DNA of 63,688 nucleotides, counting the filler, from Octopus bimaculoides (taxonomy: Eukaryota): the NCBI RefSeq assembly GCF_001194135.2. It is 10 parts of 10 records of this genome, joined end to end, with 100 filler letters (N's around TTAATTAATTAA, not from the genome) between each part and the next. Parts side by side here need not be neighbours in the genome. Positions count along the whole stretch, not along the records: positions 47,400 to 57,285 come from NC_068997.1; positions 57,386 to 59,378 come from NW_026422080.1; positions 59,479 to 61,463 come from NW_026409201.1; positions 61,564 to 63,688 come from NW_026427219.1; 6 more parts are not named here. The stretch is one strand, 5' to 3'. The notes beneath the pieces were generated by a model. The model did not search any database, had not been told where the DNA came from, and saw only the letters and a list, made by a program, of their open reading frames with translations. The position numbers and the translations under genes are program-made. This document shows positions 52,205 through 63,688 of this stretch, piece by piece. Position 1 is the stretch's first letter. The number at the start of each line of letters is the position of its first letter.

Positions 52205-53160
52205 CTTGAAGCTTGCAGATGTCGAAAGATAATAGTGGTGATGACGATGGTAACGTCATGAGAGACAGGAGTTTCCGAAAAAACTCCAGTTATAACAGTG
52301 AAAATGAAGCTGGACCATTAAGAGAAGGTGTGTCGCTCGGCAGTGGTTCAGTAAGGACGCAGACTGACCACAGCTGTTATCCTAATGCAGCATCAGCAGA
52401 TAATAGAGCAAGGAGGAGGAAGTGGACCAGCGAAGAAAATAGGATAGTGATGCAGTGCTACTTAGAAAGTGAACCTAAAAGAATGGACTATAGAAAACGG
52501 ATGTTAACATTTTGGGTAGAGAAAGGTATGTTTAAAGTGACTGAGCAGAGATTAGTTGATTAAACTATTAGAAGAAAATGGATGACAAAATTGGAGGTAG
52601 AAGATCACAAGAGAACTAGAAAAGAAAGACCAGGCAGTAGGAAAGACAAACAACAACATAAGAGATACAGCCCAAATCAAAGAAGATTGTAAAGGAAAGA
52701 AAAATAAATAATAATAGCGCTACCAATAAGGAAGGGACAGTTGGCACCAGCGACTTAAACGACTTAAGTGAGGAAGATCAGAAGATTTTTAGATGAGCTG
52801 CAGGAGGCAATGAGTAAAGAAGTAAGAAAAAAGATTGCCAGCATTAAAAGGCACCAACAGAAGGAAACTGCTAGAGATGACTAGGAAAGTAGATTCAGTT
52901 ATCAATAGGATAGATGCTAAAAATATAGGAGACACTAATTTGCTAATCAATGCAGGAGGGGTAGTAGCCATCAGAAGATTAGATATCTCACAAGGAAAGA
53001 TTAAAAAAGAGCAAATGTGGAAAAGGAGAATACAAAATAAAATGATGATTTAAGACAAGATCCGAGTAGAATAGAAGCCTGGAAACTGAACAATTTAGGA
53101 AACACAAGATGTAAATCTTCACTCCGAGAAAAGATACTTAGTTAAAGAGAAAAGATTTGT
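52205..53160 (+). mobile_element. 5' part of an R4/Dong-clade element (Myb-like N-terminus)
   Basis: RRKWTSEENRIVMQCYLESEP...YRKRMLTFWVEKGMFKVTEQRLVD and MWKRRIQNK; frameshifted. Confidence 0.85.
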
Positions 53161-53164
53161 GGTC

Positions 53165-53660
53165 CGCGATGTTTTTAATGTTTTCGGGTCTGATCTGGAG
53201 CAGTATCTCTAGGTCAATCCCGGACCAGTACTCTCTGGCAGTTCTTGTCGCCTCTATCAGTATCCGTCCCCTCCACGATTACGCATTCCAGAAGCCACCA
53301 CGTATCTAGTCCTGGTGGGGTCCTATGAATGCGGACACGTACTGTACGTTTCTCCATGTGGGAGGGGTACAGAATGACTTTGTTGGTTTTGCAGGGGCGG
53401 TGGAGGTCATTGAATGTTTCATAGCGAGGGCTTCTGACACAAACAGCACCGAAATGGTGCCGTATTGTTTGCCCCTCGCTATGTACTCGATGTCATTTCT
53501 GATGCACCTCAGCACCGCCTCAATATCTACTTGGGCTATTAAAGCCACTCTTTTCGTATCTGCTGAGATGCATCTGAAAAGCGCCGTTCTTCTCTCCACT
53601 ACTTCAATTGCCTCTGACAAAACAGTGAGACCGGCCCACGTTTTTTCTTGTTTTATCAAT
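53165..53660 (-). mobile_element. ORF1-like fragment of an L1/Tx1-type LINE
   Basis: ERRTALFRCIS...IEYIARGKQYGTISVLF...EYWSGIDLEILLQI in one frame with two stops; resembles ORF1 sequences as I recall them. Confidence 0.45.
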
Positions 53661-54620
53661 TTCCAAGAAATTGGTCGGAAATTTCCAACTGCATTCCCTT
53701 AACTTGGGTCCTTCTGGCATAGTACCGTTCTTCCGTTTGTCATCCAGACAGGTACTTGGATGTCACTACTCAGTATTTCGTCCATCTGTCTCGCAATTCT
53801 TCTGTGCAGAGCTCTCAAGTTTTGAAACCAAAAGCCCTGAACCCCCTCTGGCCAGGCGCTTTCCAGTTAGGAATTTTCCTGCACTATTCTCTAATAATCT
53901 CCTCGATTATACTTAAATCCTCCTTCTGATACTCTCCACTCTCCTCTTTGAGTGTCTTTAACCACTCTGCTTCAGTTTCGTGTTGTTTCTCCTGAGATCA
54001 TATGTTTGACCAGAATTTTTTTGATTTCTTCAGCATCCAGTACGGCTTTTTTACTTTTTTCTTTCCCATCCAGTTCCTGATAGACTCGTTTCTGATTTTG
54101 TTCGAAAGTCTGTTTAATCTGTACTGCTCAATTCTCTGTTCATATCTCTTTAGTTTGTGCTTTAGCTTCCAACCTCTGCTTTAATTCCTCAATCACAACA
54201 TTGATTCCCTTTCTCTTCCCCCTAAACTTCCTTTCTAGCTCAACATATTTCTTTCGCTGGACTTCATTTTTTTTTCCCGTTTCAGAATATCAATGTGTTT
54301 TCTGGTTTCGTTAATAGACTGCGTTATTCTCCTTTTCCACCATGGTTCCTTCAGGTTATGTTGACATTTACCTTTCGCTTTCAAACTAACTTCCGGGCTA
54401 TAAAGATCGATATTGCATAGTATAAAGTTTTCATATTCAACCACTAGAAATTTAGCTGAGATTATAGTAGCACACAATAAACAGAGAATTAGAGAATATC
54501 TCAACTCAAAATCTATAAACAAGAGTAAAATCGGTAATGTGCATTGTGAAATTAACTCATCTGCTGCATTAAAGCAATTCTGGTGTAACTGCATTAAATG
54601 ATTTTCAATTTCGTTGTTAG
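53661..54620 (-). mobile_element. R4/Dong-clade fragment up to RT domain 1
   Basis: KEPWWKRRITQSINETRKHI and KIPNWKAPG..GVQGFW...[26 protein letters not shown]. Confidence 0.88.
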
Positions 54621-54639
54621 TTTAACTCTATGCGGTTAC

Positions 54640-55400
54640 AATAGTTAAGGGCAACAGCCACGACGGCTTTGAACATCTCTTCCATAGGAACTACATGCTT
54701 TCTTATTTTCTGTTTCCGAATAATCTCAGAATCCGTTCTGCCAGTCCCCGGCGCTTTACATCCGTATTTTCATTATGTGCATAAAATGCGTCGTTACTTA
54801 TATCAACCCATTTGGTAATGCCACTATATATGAATTCGGGGATTGCAATCTCTTCCGGTCTTTCATATCTTGACTACGATGTTTGCTGGACTATTTCGAA
54901 GCCATTGACATTTTCCATCATTAATTTTCACGTTGTAATCTTCATCCTGCTGTCGGCTTGTGATAAGAACGGAGTTGCTCCTTGATTGACTTGTATACTT
55001 TCGTATCGTCCCCATTGCGAGTGTGGCTGTTTGTATAATTGAAAGTATGTCTGGATAGAGCCACTACAAACAGCAACGGCTCCAGTGCAGTACTTCAAAC
55101 GACTTCCCTCAGAATTGTCTTTTTCTTTTCAAGAACACCGTTGGCTGCTACAACCTGACTCCCACCTCTTAAAAATATCATGTAGCCTCTTTCCTAATTT
55201 TTCATCTCGAGTGAGATCGTTCAGTTTCTGACATTTCATGGTCAACTTTATTGAAGGCCTTTGCGAAGTCGAGTTATACCTCATCCACGTTTGATTGGTT
55301 GAGTAGCTGTGTGAGGTAATTTCATAACGGGCAGAAGTCGTGCTGAATATCAACAAGTCATTTTCTTCTGAGAGTGTGATTAGTCTCCAGCAGTATAACC
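54640..55400 (-). mobile_element. Degenerate CR1/L2-group reverse transcriptase fragment
   Basis: KLGKRLHDIF, EPLLFVVALS, WDDTKV (cf. YADDTK), GVDISNDA...LAERILRLF. Confidence 0.7.
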
Positions 55401-56049
55401 TTTATTTAACAGCTGATGTAATTTTATGTCTGTATCATGTCCTGTGTGTTTTAGTTGTTATCTGTGCTTAATTTTTACTTCTAAGTTGATGGGAACACCA
55501 CGCAATTTTTTTAATCCCCTTTAGTATGTCTATATCTTAGCTATAACCTCTACCCCTTCTCTCAACTAATAATCCTTTTGTCTTATCTATCTCCCTCTTT
55601 TTCTTTTCGGACCTCCATTTCCTCGGTTTCTCGTTCTCTTTTGCATTTCCATTCTCATTTTTGTCTGTTCAGTCACTTTTCTCTTTCCACGGTTAGATTC
55701 TAACCTTCCTGCAATGCCTTTATGTCTTCACTTTATCCTAATTCTACTATCCTTTTGATCCTGCATTTGCAACTGACCAATTCACTCTCTATCCTATCTC
55801 TTTGTTCAGGGCTTAACGTCCACCTTCATAATCTCATTTTCTCATAACATTGCACCTTGCACAGTTGTCTCCAGTTTGTTATTTTTTTTCATTCTTCTTG
55901 AAAGACTTCACTGTTAATTTTTTCGCCACCTCCTTTGTTATTTTCGTATTCGTCTAAAATATAAACAGTTAATTTTTCGTTTATTTTTGTATTCTTGTTG
56001 TCTTTAGTTTGCATTATTTCAGTCTGCCCAATTGAAAATGAGTATCAGC

Positions 56050-56600
56050 CAAGTGTTAGTACAGTTCAATCTTCTCCCTGATCATGACTTTCCTGCAGAT
56101 GTTTGATCTGCCATAGTTTGAACGGAATTCCAAGATCATCAAACTCACTGGTTTTGGAGAGTTTGCAAAGGTTATGAGGTCTGTTCCTTCCTCCAGCACG
56201 CAAGAAATGTCTATGTCGCAGAGAGATATTATCTGGCGATAGTAAACGAATAGATTAGAATCCTGTCAAATAATTTATTACATGTCTTAAGTTCCGAGGT
56301 GCAAATATGTGCAAACTCTCAAGAATTTTCTGAGAGCAGAGACCATATGCTGGAATAACTCAGGTCATTTCATGTCAAGACGTAAGCTAATTCTCAAAGT
56401 TCCTAAATAATGTACACTTGGTTTAACGACTAAGTATGACTCAAGTACCTCTTCAAATCCATATCTTCACTTACAAGAGGGCCATATAGGATATTCTGAT
56501 CTGCAGTGGTTAACTCTGTAAGATACAGCGTTAAAGTATTCTCCTGAGTTAGTTCCTACGTACCAGTAAATTCTGGTGATGGTCATAAATAACATAGGCA
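56050..56600 (-). mobile_element. Possible old RTE reverse transcriptase relic
   Basis: Weak remnants (EFRSN...REK; PELFQH). Confidence 0.3.
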
Positions 56601-56900
56601 GGGACAGGAACTCGACTGGAGTGCGAAAGTTGAAATTTACTTAGACGTAATAATCTAGTAGCTCTGCGTCAGAAAGACATGAAAAAGTATAGAAAAAAGT
56701 GAAAAGGGAACAATGAACTTGCCGTGAGGAGTGGAATATATATATAATAATATATGTGCACGAAACCACATGGGTGTATACATATGCGCGTGTTTGCAAC
56801 TTCTCAATTATATAGTTTCCTTTTTATTTTAAAGTAGGTTGTACCACATATATAATTCCCGCATTATCTCCTTATTTAGAAATTATGATTATATTTTAAG

Positions 56901-57285
56901 GTACTTGCAGCCCAGATGGACTGCGACAAGTTGAAGGAGATTGTACCAAAGTAGATATATGCTACAATGGTATAATGTTTCATAATCGAAACTGTGGCGA
57001 TGGGAAAGCGTTTGACGAAGAATTTCAGAATTGTACGGTGGCAGCGTATGAAGTATGTGTCAATAATAGTACAACTATAGCAACAGGACCGACAACAACA
57101 ACAACAACAGCAACATCAGAATCAACAGCAGCAACAGCAGCAGCAACATCAGAATCAACAGCAGCAACACCAGCAGCAACACCAGAATCAACAGCAGCAA
57201 CACCAGCAGCAACACCAGAATCAACAGCAGCAACACCAACAGCAACATCAGAATCAACAGCAGCAACACCAGCAGCAACAACAGA
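56901..57285 (+). CDS. Exon of a chitin-binding type 2 (CBM14/peritrophin-A) mucin-like protein; 3' end lost in gap
   Basis: Acceptor atattttaag, phase 1. C-x11-C-x5-C-x10-C-x12-C-x7-C (CSPDGLRQVEGDCTKVDICYNGIMFHNRNCGDGKAFDEEFQNCTVAAYEVC, 56906-57058), then a T/A/S/P/E-rich linker; open to the gap. Confidence 0.88.
57107..57285 (+). repeat. Coding 33-nt tandem repeat (11 aa, AT[S/P]ESTAATPA) x5 or more
   Basis: ATSESTAATAA ATSESTAATPA ATPESTAATPA ATPESTAATPT ATSESTAATPA ATT, then gap. Confidence 0.9.
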
Positions 57286-58689
57286 NNNNNNNNNNNNNNN
57301 NNNNNNNNNNNNNNNNNNNNNNNNNNNNNTTAATTAATTAANNNNNNNNNNNNNNNNNNNNNNNNNNNNNNNNNNNNNNNNNNNNAGCGATGACCAGTTC
57401 TCGGAAATATTGGCTGATATGTAACTCCCAATAAATGTGCTGAGTGCTCTTCTTTCATTTGTCCACTCAGACGTATAAAATAAATATCATAATAAAAGCG
57501 AAATTCTGTCTGTCTGTCCGTCTGGGACTACTGTATGTCAGTCTACATGTGCTCTACATAGTTCTTGTTTTTACCACGGTTAATTTTTGTGCTACATGTA
57601 GATTCGATATCAAACATACCACATGAAACATATACTATAAGCACAAAGCCTGAAATTTCGGGGGAGGAGGTAGGTCGGTTACATCGACCCCAGTGTCTCA
57701 CTGGTACTTATTTCATCGACCCCGAAAGGATAAAAGGCAAAGTTGACCCCAACGGTATTTGAACTCAGAACGTGAAGACGGACGAAATGGAGCTAAGCAA
57801 TTTTGTCCGGAGTGTTGGCGATTCTGCCTGCTCGCTGCCCTGAATAATATTGGAATTACTGGGAAAAATAAAAAGAAAAAAAATTAAATTGCATTTTAAG
57901 TTTGGAATGTAGCCATAAAATAATTAATGTAACCTTGAAATTTCCCATTAAAGACACGAGGAAGTGTGGTTTGATGGTTTCTCATTGTGGTGGTGGCGGT
58001 GGTGGTGGTGNNNNNNNNNNNNNNNNNNNNNNNNNNNNNNNNNNNNNNNNNNNNNNNNNNNNNNNNNNNNNNNNNNNNNNNNNNNNNNNNNNNNNNNNNN
58101 NNNNNNNNNNNNNNNNNNNNNNNNNNNNNNNNNNNNNNNNNNNNNNNNNNNNNNNNNNNNNNNNNNNNNNNNNNNNNNNNNNNNNNNNNNNNNNNNNNNN
58201 NNNNNNNNNNNNNNNNNNNNNNNNNNNNNNNNNNNNNNNNNNNNNNNNNNNNNNNNNNNNNNNNNNNNNNNNNNNNNNNNNNNNNNNNNNNNNNNNNNNN
58301 NNNNNNNNNNNNNNNNNNNNNNNNNNNNNNNNNNNNNNNNNNNNNNNNNNNNNNNNNNNNNNNNNNNNNNNNNNNNNNNNNNNNNNNNNNNNNNNNNNNN
58401 NNNNNNNNNNNNNNNNNNNNNNNNNNNNNNNNNNNNNNNNNNNNNNNNNNNNNNNNNNNNNNNNNNNNNNNNNNNNNNNNNNNNNNNNNNNNNNNNNNNN
58501 NNNNNNNNNNNNNNNNNNNNNNNNNNNNNNNNNNNNNNNNNNNNNNNNNNNNNNNNNNNNNNNNNNNNNNNNNNNNNNNNNNNNNNNNNNNNNNNNNNNN
58601 NNNNNNNNNNNNNNNNNNNNNNNGCATCGTGAGCCGATGATCCTAACCACTAAGCCACGTACCTTCAATTAATGATTTTTAGGACACGA

Positions 58690-59092
58690 AACTCGGCTTG
58701 CAAAGACCTGTTGGGGAAAGCGAAATCGTGATGGCACCTGTGCCCAGCGTCGCCTTTCTGGCACTTGTGCCCGTGGCATATGTAAGGACTTTCGAGCTAG
58801 ATCGTTGCCAGTGCCGCTGGATTGGTTCTTGTGCGGGTGGCACGTAAAATACACCATTTTGCGCGTGGCCGTTGCCAGTACCGCCTGACTGGCCCTCGTG
58901 CCGGTGGCACGTAAAAGCACTCACTACACTCTCGGAGTAGTTGGCCTTACGAAGGGCATTCAAGCTGTAGAAACTCTGCCAAATCAGATTGGAGCCTGGT
59001 GTAGCCATCTGGTTTCACCAGTCCTCAGGCAAATCGTCCAACCCATGCTAGCATGGAAAGTGGACGTTAAACGATGATGATGATGATGATGT
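58690..59092 (+). mobile_element. RTE-type 3' UTR / RTE-dependent repeat with (GAT)n tail
   Basis: Two internal GCCAGT.CCG...GGTGGCACGTAAAA subrepeats and an ending CAACCCATGCTAGCATGGAAAGTGGACGTTAAACGATGATG; family recognised from memory. Confidence 0.6.
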
Positions 59093-59478
59093 TTGTAGTG
59101 GTGGTTTTGGGTTTTGGTTGGAGATATCATTATTGTTGATGGGCCGAGAACTTTCTGATAAACCGTTGGCAAACTCGTGAAACTCCTTACGCAATTTGTC
59201 ACAGGAAACGGAAATCAGCCTAGGAAGTGCTCACACGGCAGTCAAAAAAAAAAAAAAGAAATTAAATTCTATGTATTGAAATTGAAGGACGATACTTTCA
59301 ACAGCCCTTATAATAAAGTTTTTTAAAGTCTTGTAAAGTCTAATACATTCTTTTGTAGTCTTATACCATCTTATAAATNNNNNNNNNNNNNNNNNNNNNN
59401 NNNNNNNNNNNNNNNNNNNNNNTTAATTAATTAANNNNNNNNNNNNNNNNNNNNNNNNNNNNNNNNNNNNNNNNNNNN

Positions 59479-59558
<80 letters not shown>

Positions 59559-59987
59559 CATCAAGAAGTTTTTGACGTTTCATAAGATAGGAGTGAATGG
59601 GAAAATAGCGTGAGAGAATGAAAAAAACATTATGTGGAGTGATGTGTGTTTCATGTGCTGGTGAGTATGTGTCTGTGTGTATGAAATTTGTACATGTGTG
59701 TGCGTTTATTATGTATGTGTGCAAACGCATAGGCCTCTGGTGGGTACGTGAGCATGTGTGGGTGTATGTGTACAACTAACCTAGTGTGTGCGTTGTGTGT
59801 ATAGTGGTGTGTGGTGAGGGTACCGATTTAGCTGGTGTGGGTGGAGGAGAGGGGTAGTCGAATATGGGAAGTGGCGAATTGAGACCATTAGGAGCAAAAG
59901 AATGAAGGGAAACATTAATTCCTGTTCACAGCAAAGGCGGGAGTCATGGTGGCCCCTGTACAAAGATATTCCGAACACAGACAGATT

Positions 59988-60040
<53 letters not shown>

Positions 60041-60050
60041 GAAAAGATGT

Positions 60051-60882
60051 GTTATAGGTATAAAAATAGTATAAACAATTATAAAAAATGGAGAAAAGAT
60101 GTTAAAAAATGAAAATTGGGTTTAATACATACGAACGTTTCAAAAAACAATACGTAAAACAATATGTAAGAAAATATTGTAAGTAAAGTTTTATTATGAT
60201 TAAAGTTATGTATTGTCATTCTAATCAGTGTGAAGAATTCAAGCAAGAACATCAAATATAGTTATTAATTAAAATGAAGAAGGAAACACAAATGGGGTAA
60301 TAGGGATGATTTCACTGGATATTTACAAATAAGTTATAAAAGGGGAAAAATAAGAGAAATGAAAATGAATAACTTATCAATGTGTATGTAAGTCTATTTG
60401 TGCAAAAAACATCTATAACTGAAAATGTGATTTTTATATATGCTAGACACGTATGTTTGTCTTGTTGTTTACACTATGATCTTTTACTAGATTTTTTTTA
60501 ATATATCCTATAGACATATTAAGCTATAGATATGTTTGCACAAAGACTTGCATAAAGATTGATATGTCTTTCTTTTTCGTTTCTCCTTTTATTTTTTTCA
60601 TTTGTACAACTTATTTGTAAATATCCGGATAAATTTTCCCTATTACACCATTTGTTTTTCTTTCTTCATTTTTATTAATAACTTTTTTGATGTTCTTCCT
60701 TAAATTCTTCACACTGATGAGAATGACAATACATAACTTTAATTATAATTCTTATTATTATAATTTTTTCTTACATATTTGTATTGTTTTTTGTACCATT
60801 CGTAAGTTTTAAATCCAATTTTGATTTTTTAACATCTTTTCTCCATTTTTATAATTGTTTATTCTATCTCTATAGATATAAC
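60051..60882. repeat. Long AT-rich inverted repeat (arms about 60051-60430 and 60515-60882)
   Basis: Blocks such as ATGGAGAAAAGATGTTAAAAAAT, TTAAAGTTATGTATTGTCATTCT.ATCAGTGTGAAGAATT and GGATATTTACAAATAAGTT have reverse-complement partners in mirrored order. Confidence 0.9.
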
Positions 60883-61030
60883 GAAATTTTTCACTTGTCA
60901 TTTTCATATTATTATTACTTGCTTTAGCTGATTTTTATGAATATGATGAATTTTTATTGGAAATTATTTTCTCTCTTTTGGGATTCATCAAAGTGTTTGA
61001 ATTGTTGTATTTGAACTCATTTTCTCTCTC

Positions 61031-61090
<60 letters not shown>

Positions 61091-61128
61091 GAGAGTTTTG
61101 TAGTTCGCTTGAAGCATTGTGTATTGTT

Positions 61129-61463
61129 TGTAAACAATAAATAGTTTAGAACGGTACAACAATGCACTATAATATAAACAATCGGCTATATACCTGTTGC
61201 AATTTAGTCATCCATAGTCTGATGATATTTCGGAATAAAATTCCTTCTTCAGATATTCTTAGATTGAGTCGCTGCTATAATCGGTTTTCCAACGGCTTTT
61301 CTTTTTTCTGAGAACACTACTGAGACGCTTCCGAAAAGAGACAACCCGTTGGAAAAGCGATTATAGCAGCGACTCCATGGAGGACGAAATTACAACAGGT
61401 ATATGGTACATTTTTTGTATTATAGTGCATTGTTGTACCATTCAAAACTTTTTGTTCTTTACA
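61129..61463. mobile_element. Foldback/MITE-like element with about 120-bp arms; right end at gap
   Basis: GGTACAACAATGCACTATAAT, TATACCTGTTG.AATTT and GAGTCGCTGCTATAATCG.TTTTCCAACGG are each mirrored on the right; the left arm has a 48-bp insertion. Confidence 0.8.
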
Positions 61464-61772
61464 NNNNNNNNNNNNNNNNNNNNNNNNNNNNNNNNNNNNN
61501 NNNNNNNTTAATTAATTAANNNNNNNNNNNNNNNNNNNNNNNNNNNNNNNNNNNNNNNNNNNNCTGTCTGTCTGTCTGTCTGTGTGTCTCTCACTCTCTC
61601 TCAATTTCTCACCCTCTGCCTCTCTCATCCAGTCTCTCTCCCTCTCTCTTCCGTTCTCTTTCTCTCTCTTTCTCTCATTCCCCCTCTGTAAGCACTATGC
61701 GCGAGTGTAACACGTTTACGTACATGAGTGCTAAATACATACAAATATATATATATATATACATACACACAC

Positions 61773-61877
<105 letters not shown>

Positions 61878-62539
61878 TATGTGTATATATATGTATGTAT
61901 ACATTTATATATAGGCATACACATGTGTGTGTGCATATGCATGTATATGTATATATTATTCCTTACGGCTATATATCTAGATCATTAATTGATGTAATTA
62001 TCAGGCAGACTCACACACGCACACGCGTGCTCTAGTACACACTCACACACTCACATACACACATACGCGGGTGTGAGTGCAGCCTGCTTGAACAACGCCA
62101 CCTGCCCATCAATACCTGTAGTACCGTCTACTTTGATAGAAACATTTATACCAAGTCTCGTAGATCCGAGACTGGATCCGAATATTCACTACAGAAATTT
62201 TACTTTTCCTTTCAGCTCTGCTTGTCATGGAAGTTTTGCTATATATGTCAAAGGCCATGTGTTTATTTTTTCAGCCTTTAAATATATATATATATAGTAA
62301 GCTTATTATCTGTATTAATTAAAAAATTGCTTACCAGCCACATGGCTCCGGGTTCAGTCCCGCATCCCAATTCTCGTGGGATGCCACTCAGCGTCGCCAG
62401 CTTCCGCAGTAGTGGCTCGAGAGTCAATACGTATAGAAGCGACGGACCGAACGGGTCTCGATAGATGTCTATTTACGCGATAAATGGATAGTTGAATATA
62501 TATTCTTTATCCCTTAAAGGGCTTTTTTGGCGAAGAAAT

Positions 62540-63688
62540 CGAACCCAGGACTTTATAAGCCTAGTACTTATTCTATCAGTTTCTTTTGCCAAACCGCTAG
62601 GTTACGGGGACGTAAACACACTAACGTTGGTTGTCAAGTGATGGTGGAAGGACAAACACGGACACAAGTNNNNNNNNNNNNNNNNNNNNNNNNNNNNNNN
62701 NNNNNNNNNNNNNNNNNNNNNNNNNNNNNNNNNNNNNNNNNNNNNNNNNNNNNNNNNNNNNNNNNNNNNNNNNNNNNNNNNNNNNNNNNNNNNNNNNNNN
62801 NNNNNNNNNNNNNNNNNNNNNNNNNNNNNNNNNNNNNNNNNNNNNNNNNNNNNNNNNNNNNNNNNNNNNNNNNNNNNNNNNNNNNNNNNNNNNNNNNNNN
62901 NNNNNNNNNNNNNNNNNNNNNNNNNNNNNNNNNNNNNNNNNNNNNNNNNNNNNNNNNNNNNNNNNNNNNNNNNNNNNNNNNNNNNNNNNNNNNNNNNNNN
63001 NNNNNNNNNNNNNNNNNNNNNNNNNNNNNNNNNNNNNNNNNNNNNNNNNNNNNNNNNNNNNNNNNNNNNNNNNNNNNNNNNNNNNNNNNNNNNNNNNNNN
63101 NNNNNNNNNNNNNNNNNNNNNNNNNNNNNNNNNNNNNNNNNNNNNNNNNNNNNNNNNNNNNNNNNNNNNNNNNNNNNNNNNNNNNNNNNNNNNNNNNNNN
63201 NNNNNNNNNNNNNNNNNNNNNNNNNNNNNNNNNNNNNNNNNNNNNNNNNNNNNNNNNNNNNNNNNNNNNNNNNNNNNNNNNNNNNNNNNNNNNNNNNNNN
63301 NNNNNNNNNNNNNNNNNNNNNNNNNNNNNNNNNNNNNNNNNNNNNNNNNNNNNNNNNNNNNNNNNNNNNNNNNNNNNNNNNNNNNNNNNNNNNNNNNNNN
63401 NNNNNNNNNNNNNNNNNNNNNNNNNNTCAAAGAAAATGTTTCTCCCAGCGTTCACTATTTCTACTATTTTCCTATTATTTATATTATTACACACACACAC
63501 ACATGCACACACACGCACACACACACACAAAAATACACACACACACACATACACACACACATATATATAAATATATACGACTAGCTTCTTTCAGTTTCTG
63601 TCCACCGAATCAACTCACAAGGCTTTGGTCAGCTCGAGGATATAGTAGAAGACATATGCCCATGGTGCCACGCAGTGGGACTGAATCC
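62540..63688 (-). mobile_element. SINE family A halves flanking a gap (one copy or two partial copies)
   Basis: 3' half at 62540-62669 and 5' half at 63578-63688, both on the minus strand. Confidence 0.8.

Noticed and set aside
56475-56543. 69-bp minus-strand segment with a gtaagt donor
   Set aside because: Poor polypyrimidine tract, stop in the phase-2 (LRR) frame, and it lies within a probable RTE relic.
57107-57285. Regular short repeats as a possible CRISPR-like array
   Set aside because: No unique spacers; it is an in-frame coding tandem repeat in a eukaryotic exon.
62073-62297. ORF with an EGF-like start CLNNATC
   Set aside because: The remaining EGF cysteines are absent and there is no acceptor context.

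Overview
Eukaryotic, AT-rich, gap-ridden animal genomic DNA; the SINE/LINE families and microsatellite density match what I recall from Octopus (coleoid cephalopod), an unverified inference. No rRNA, tRNA gene, CRISPR array or prokaryotic operon is visible. Nearly all ORF-track entries are microsatellite or N-gap artefacts. Only two host coding exons are well supported. (1) A 72-bp, phase 2/2 leucine-rich-repeat exon on the minus strand (4040-4111), missed by the ORF track. (2) A plus-strand, phase-1 exon (56901 to the gap at 57285) encoding a six-cysteine chitin-binding type 2 (CBM14/peritrophin-A) domain plus an 11-aa mucin-like repeat. The rest is mostly decayed mobile DNA: R4/Dong-clade non-LTR fragments in two microsatellite contexts ((TAA)n and (TACA)n), RTE, CR1 and L1/Tx1-like relics, mariner and maT-like Tc1/mariner relics, hAT, two tRNA-derived SINE families, MITEs/foldbacks, and three degenerate minimal hammerhead-ribozyme motifs. 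Nine 100-bp gaps carry an artificial TTAATTAATTAA linker, so gene linkage across them is uncertain. I did not find a convincing new multi-gene system; the best leads are the two genes, the microsatellite-targeted retroelement chains and the hammerhead variants. Family assignments come from motif recognition by eye, not database searches, and TE boundaries are approximate.
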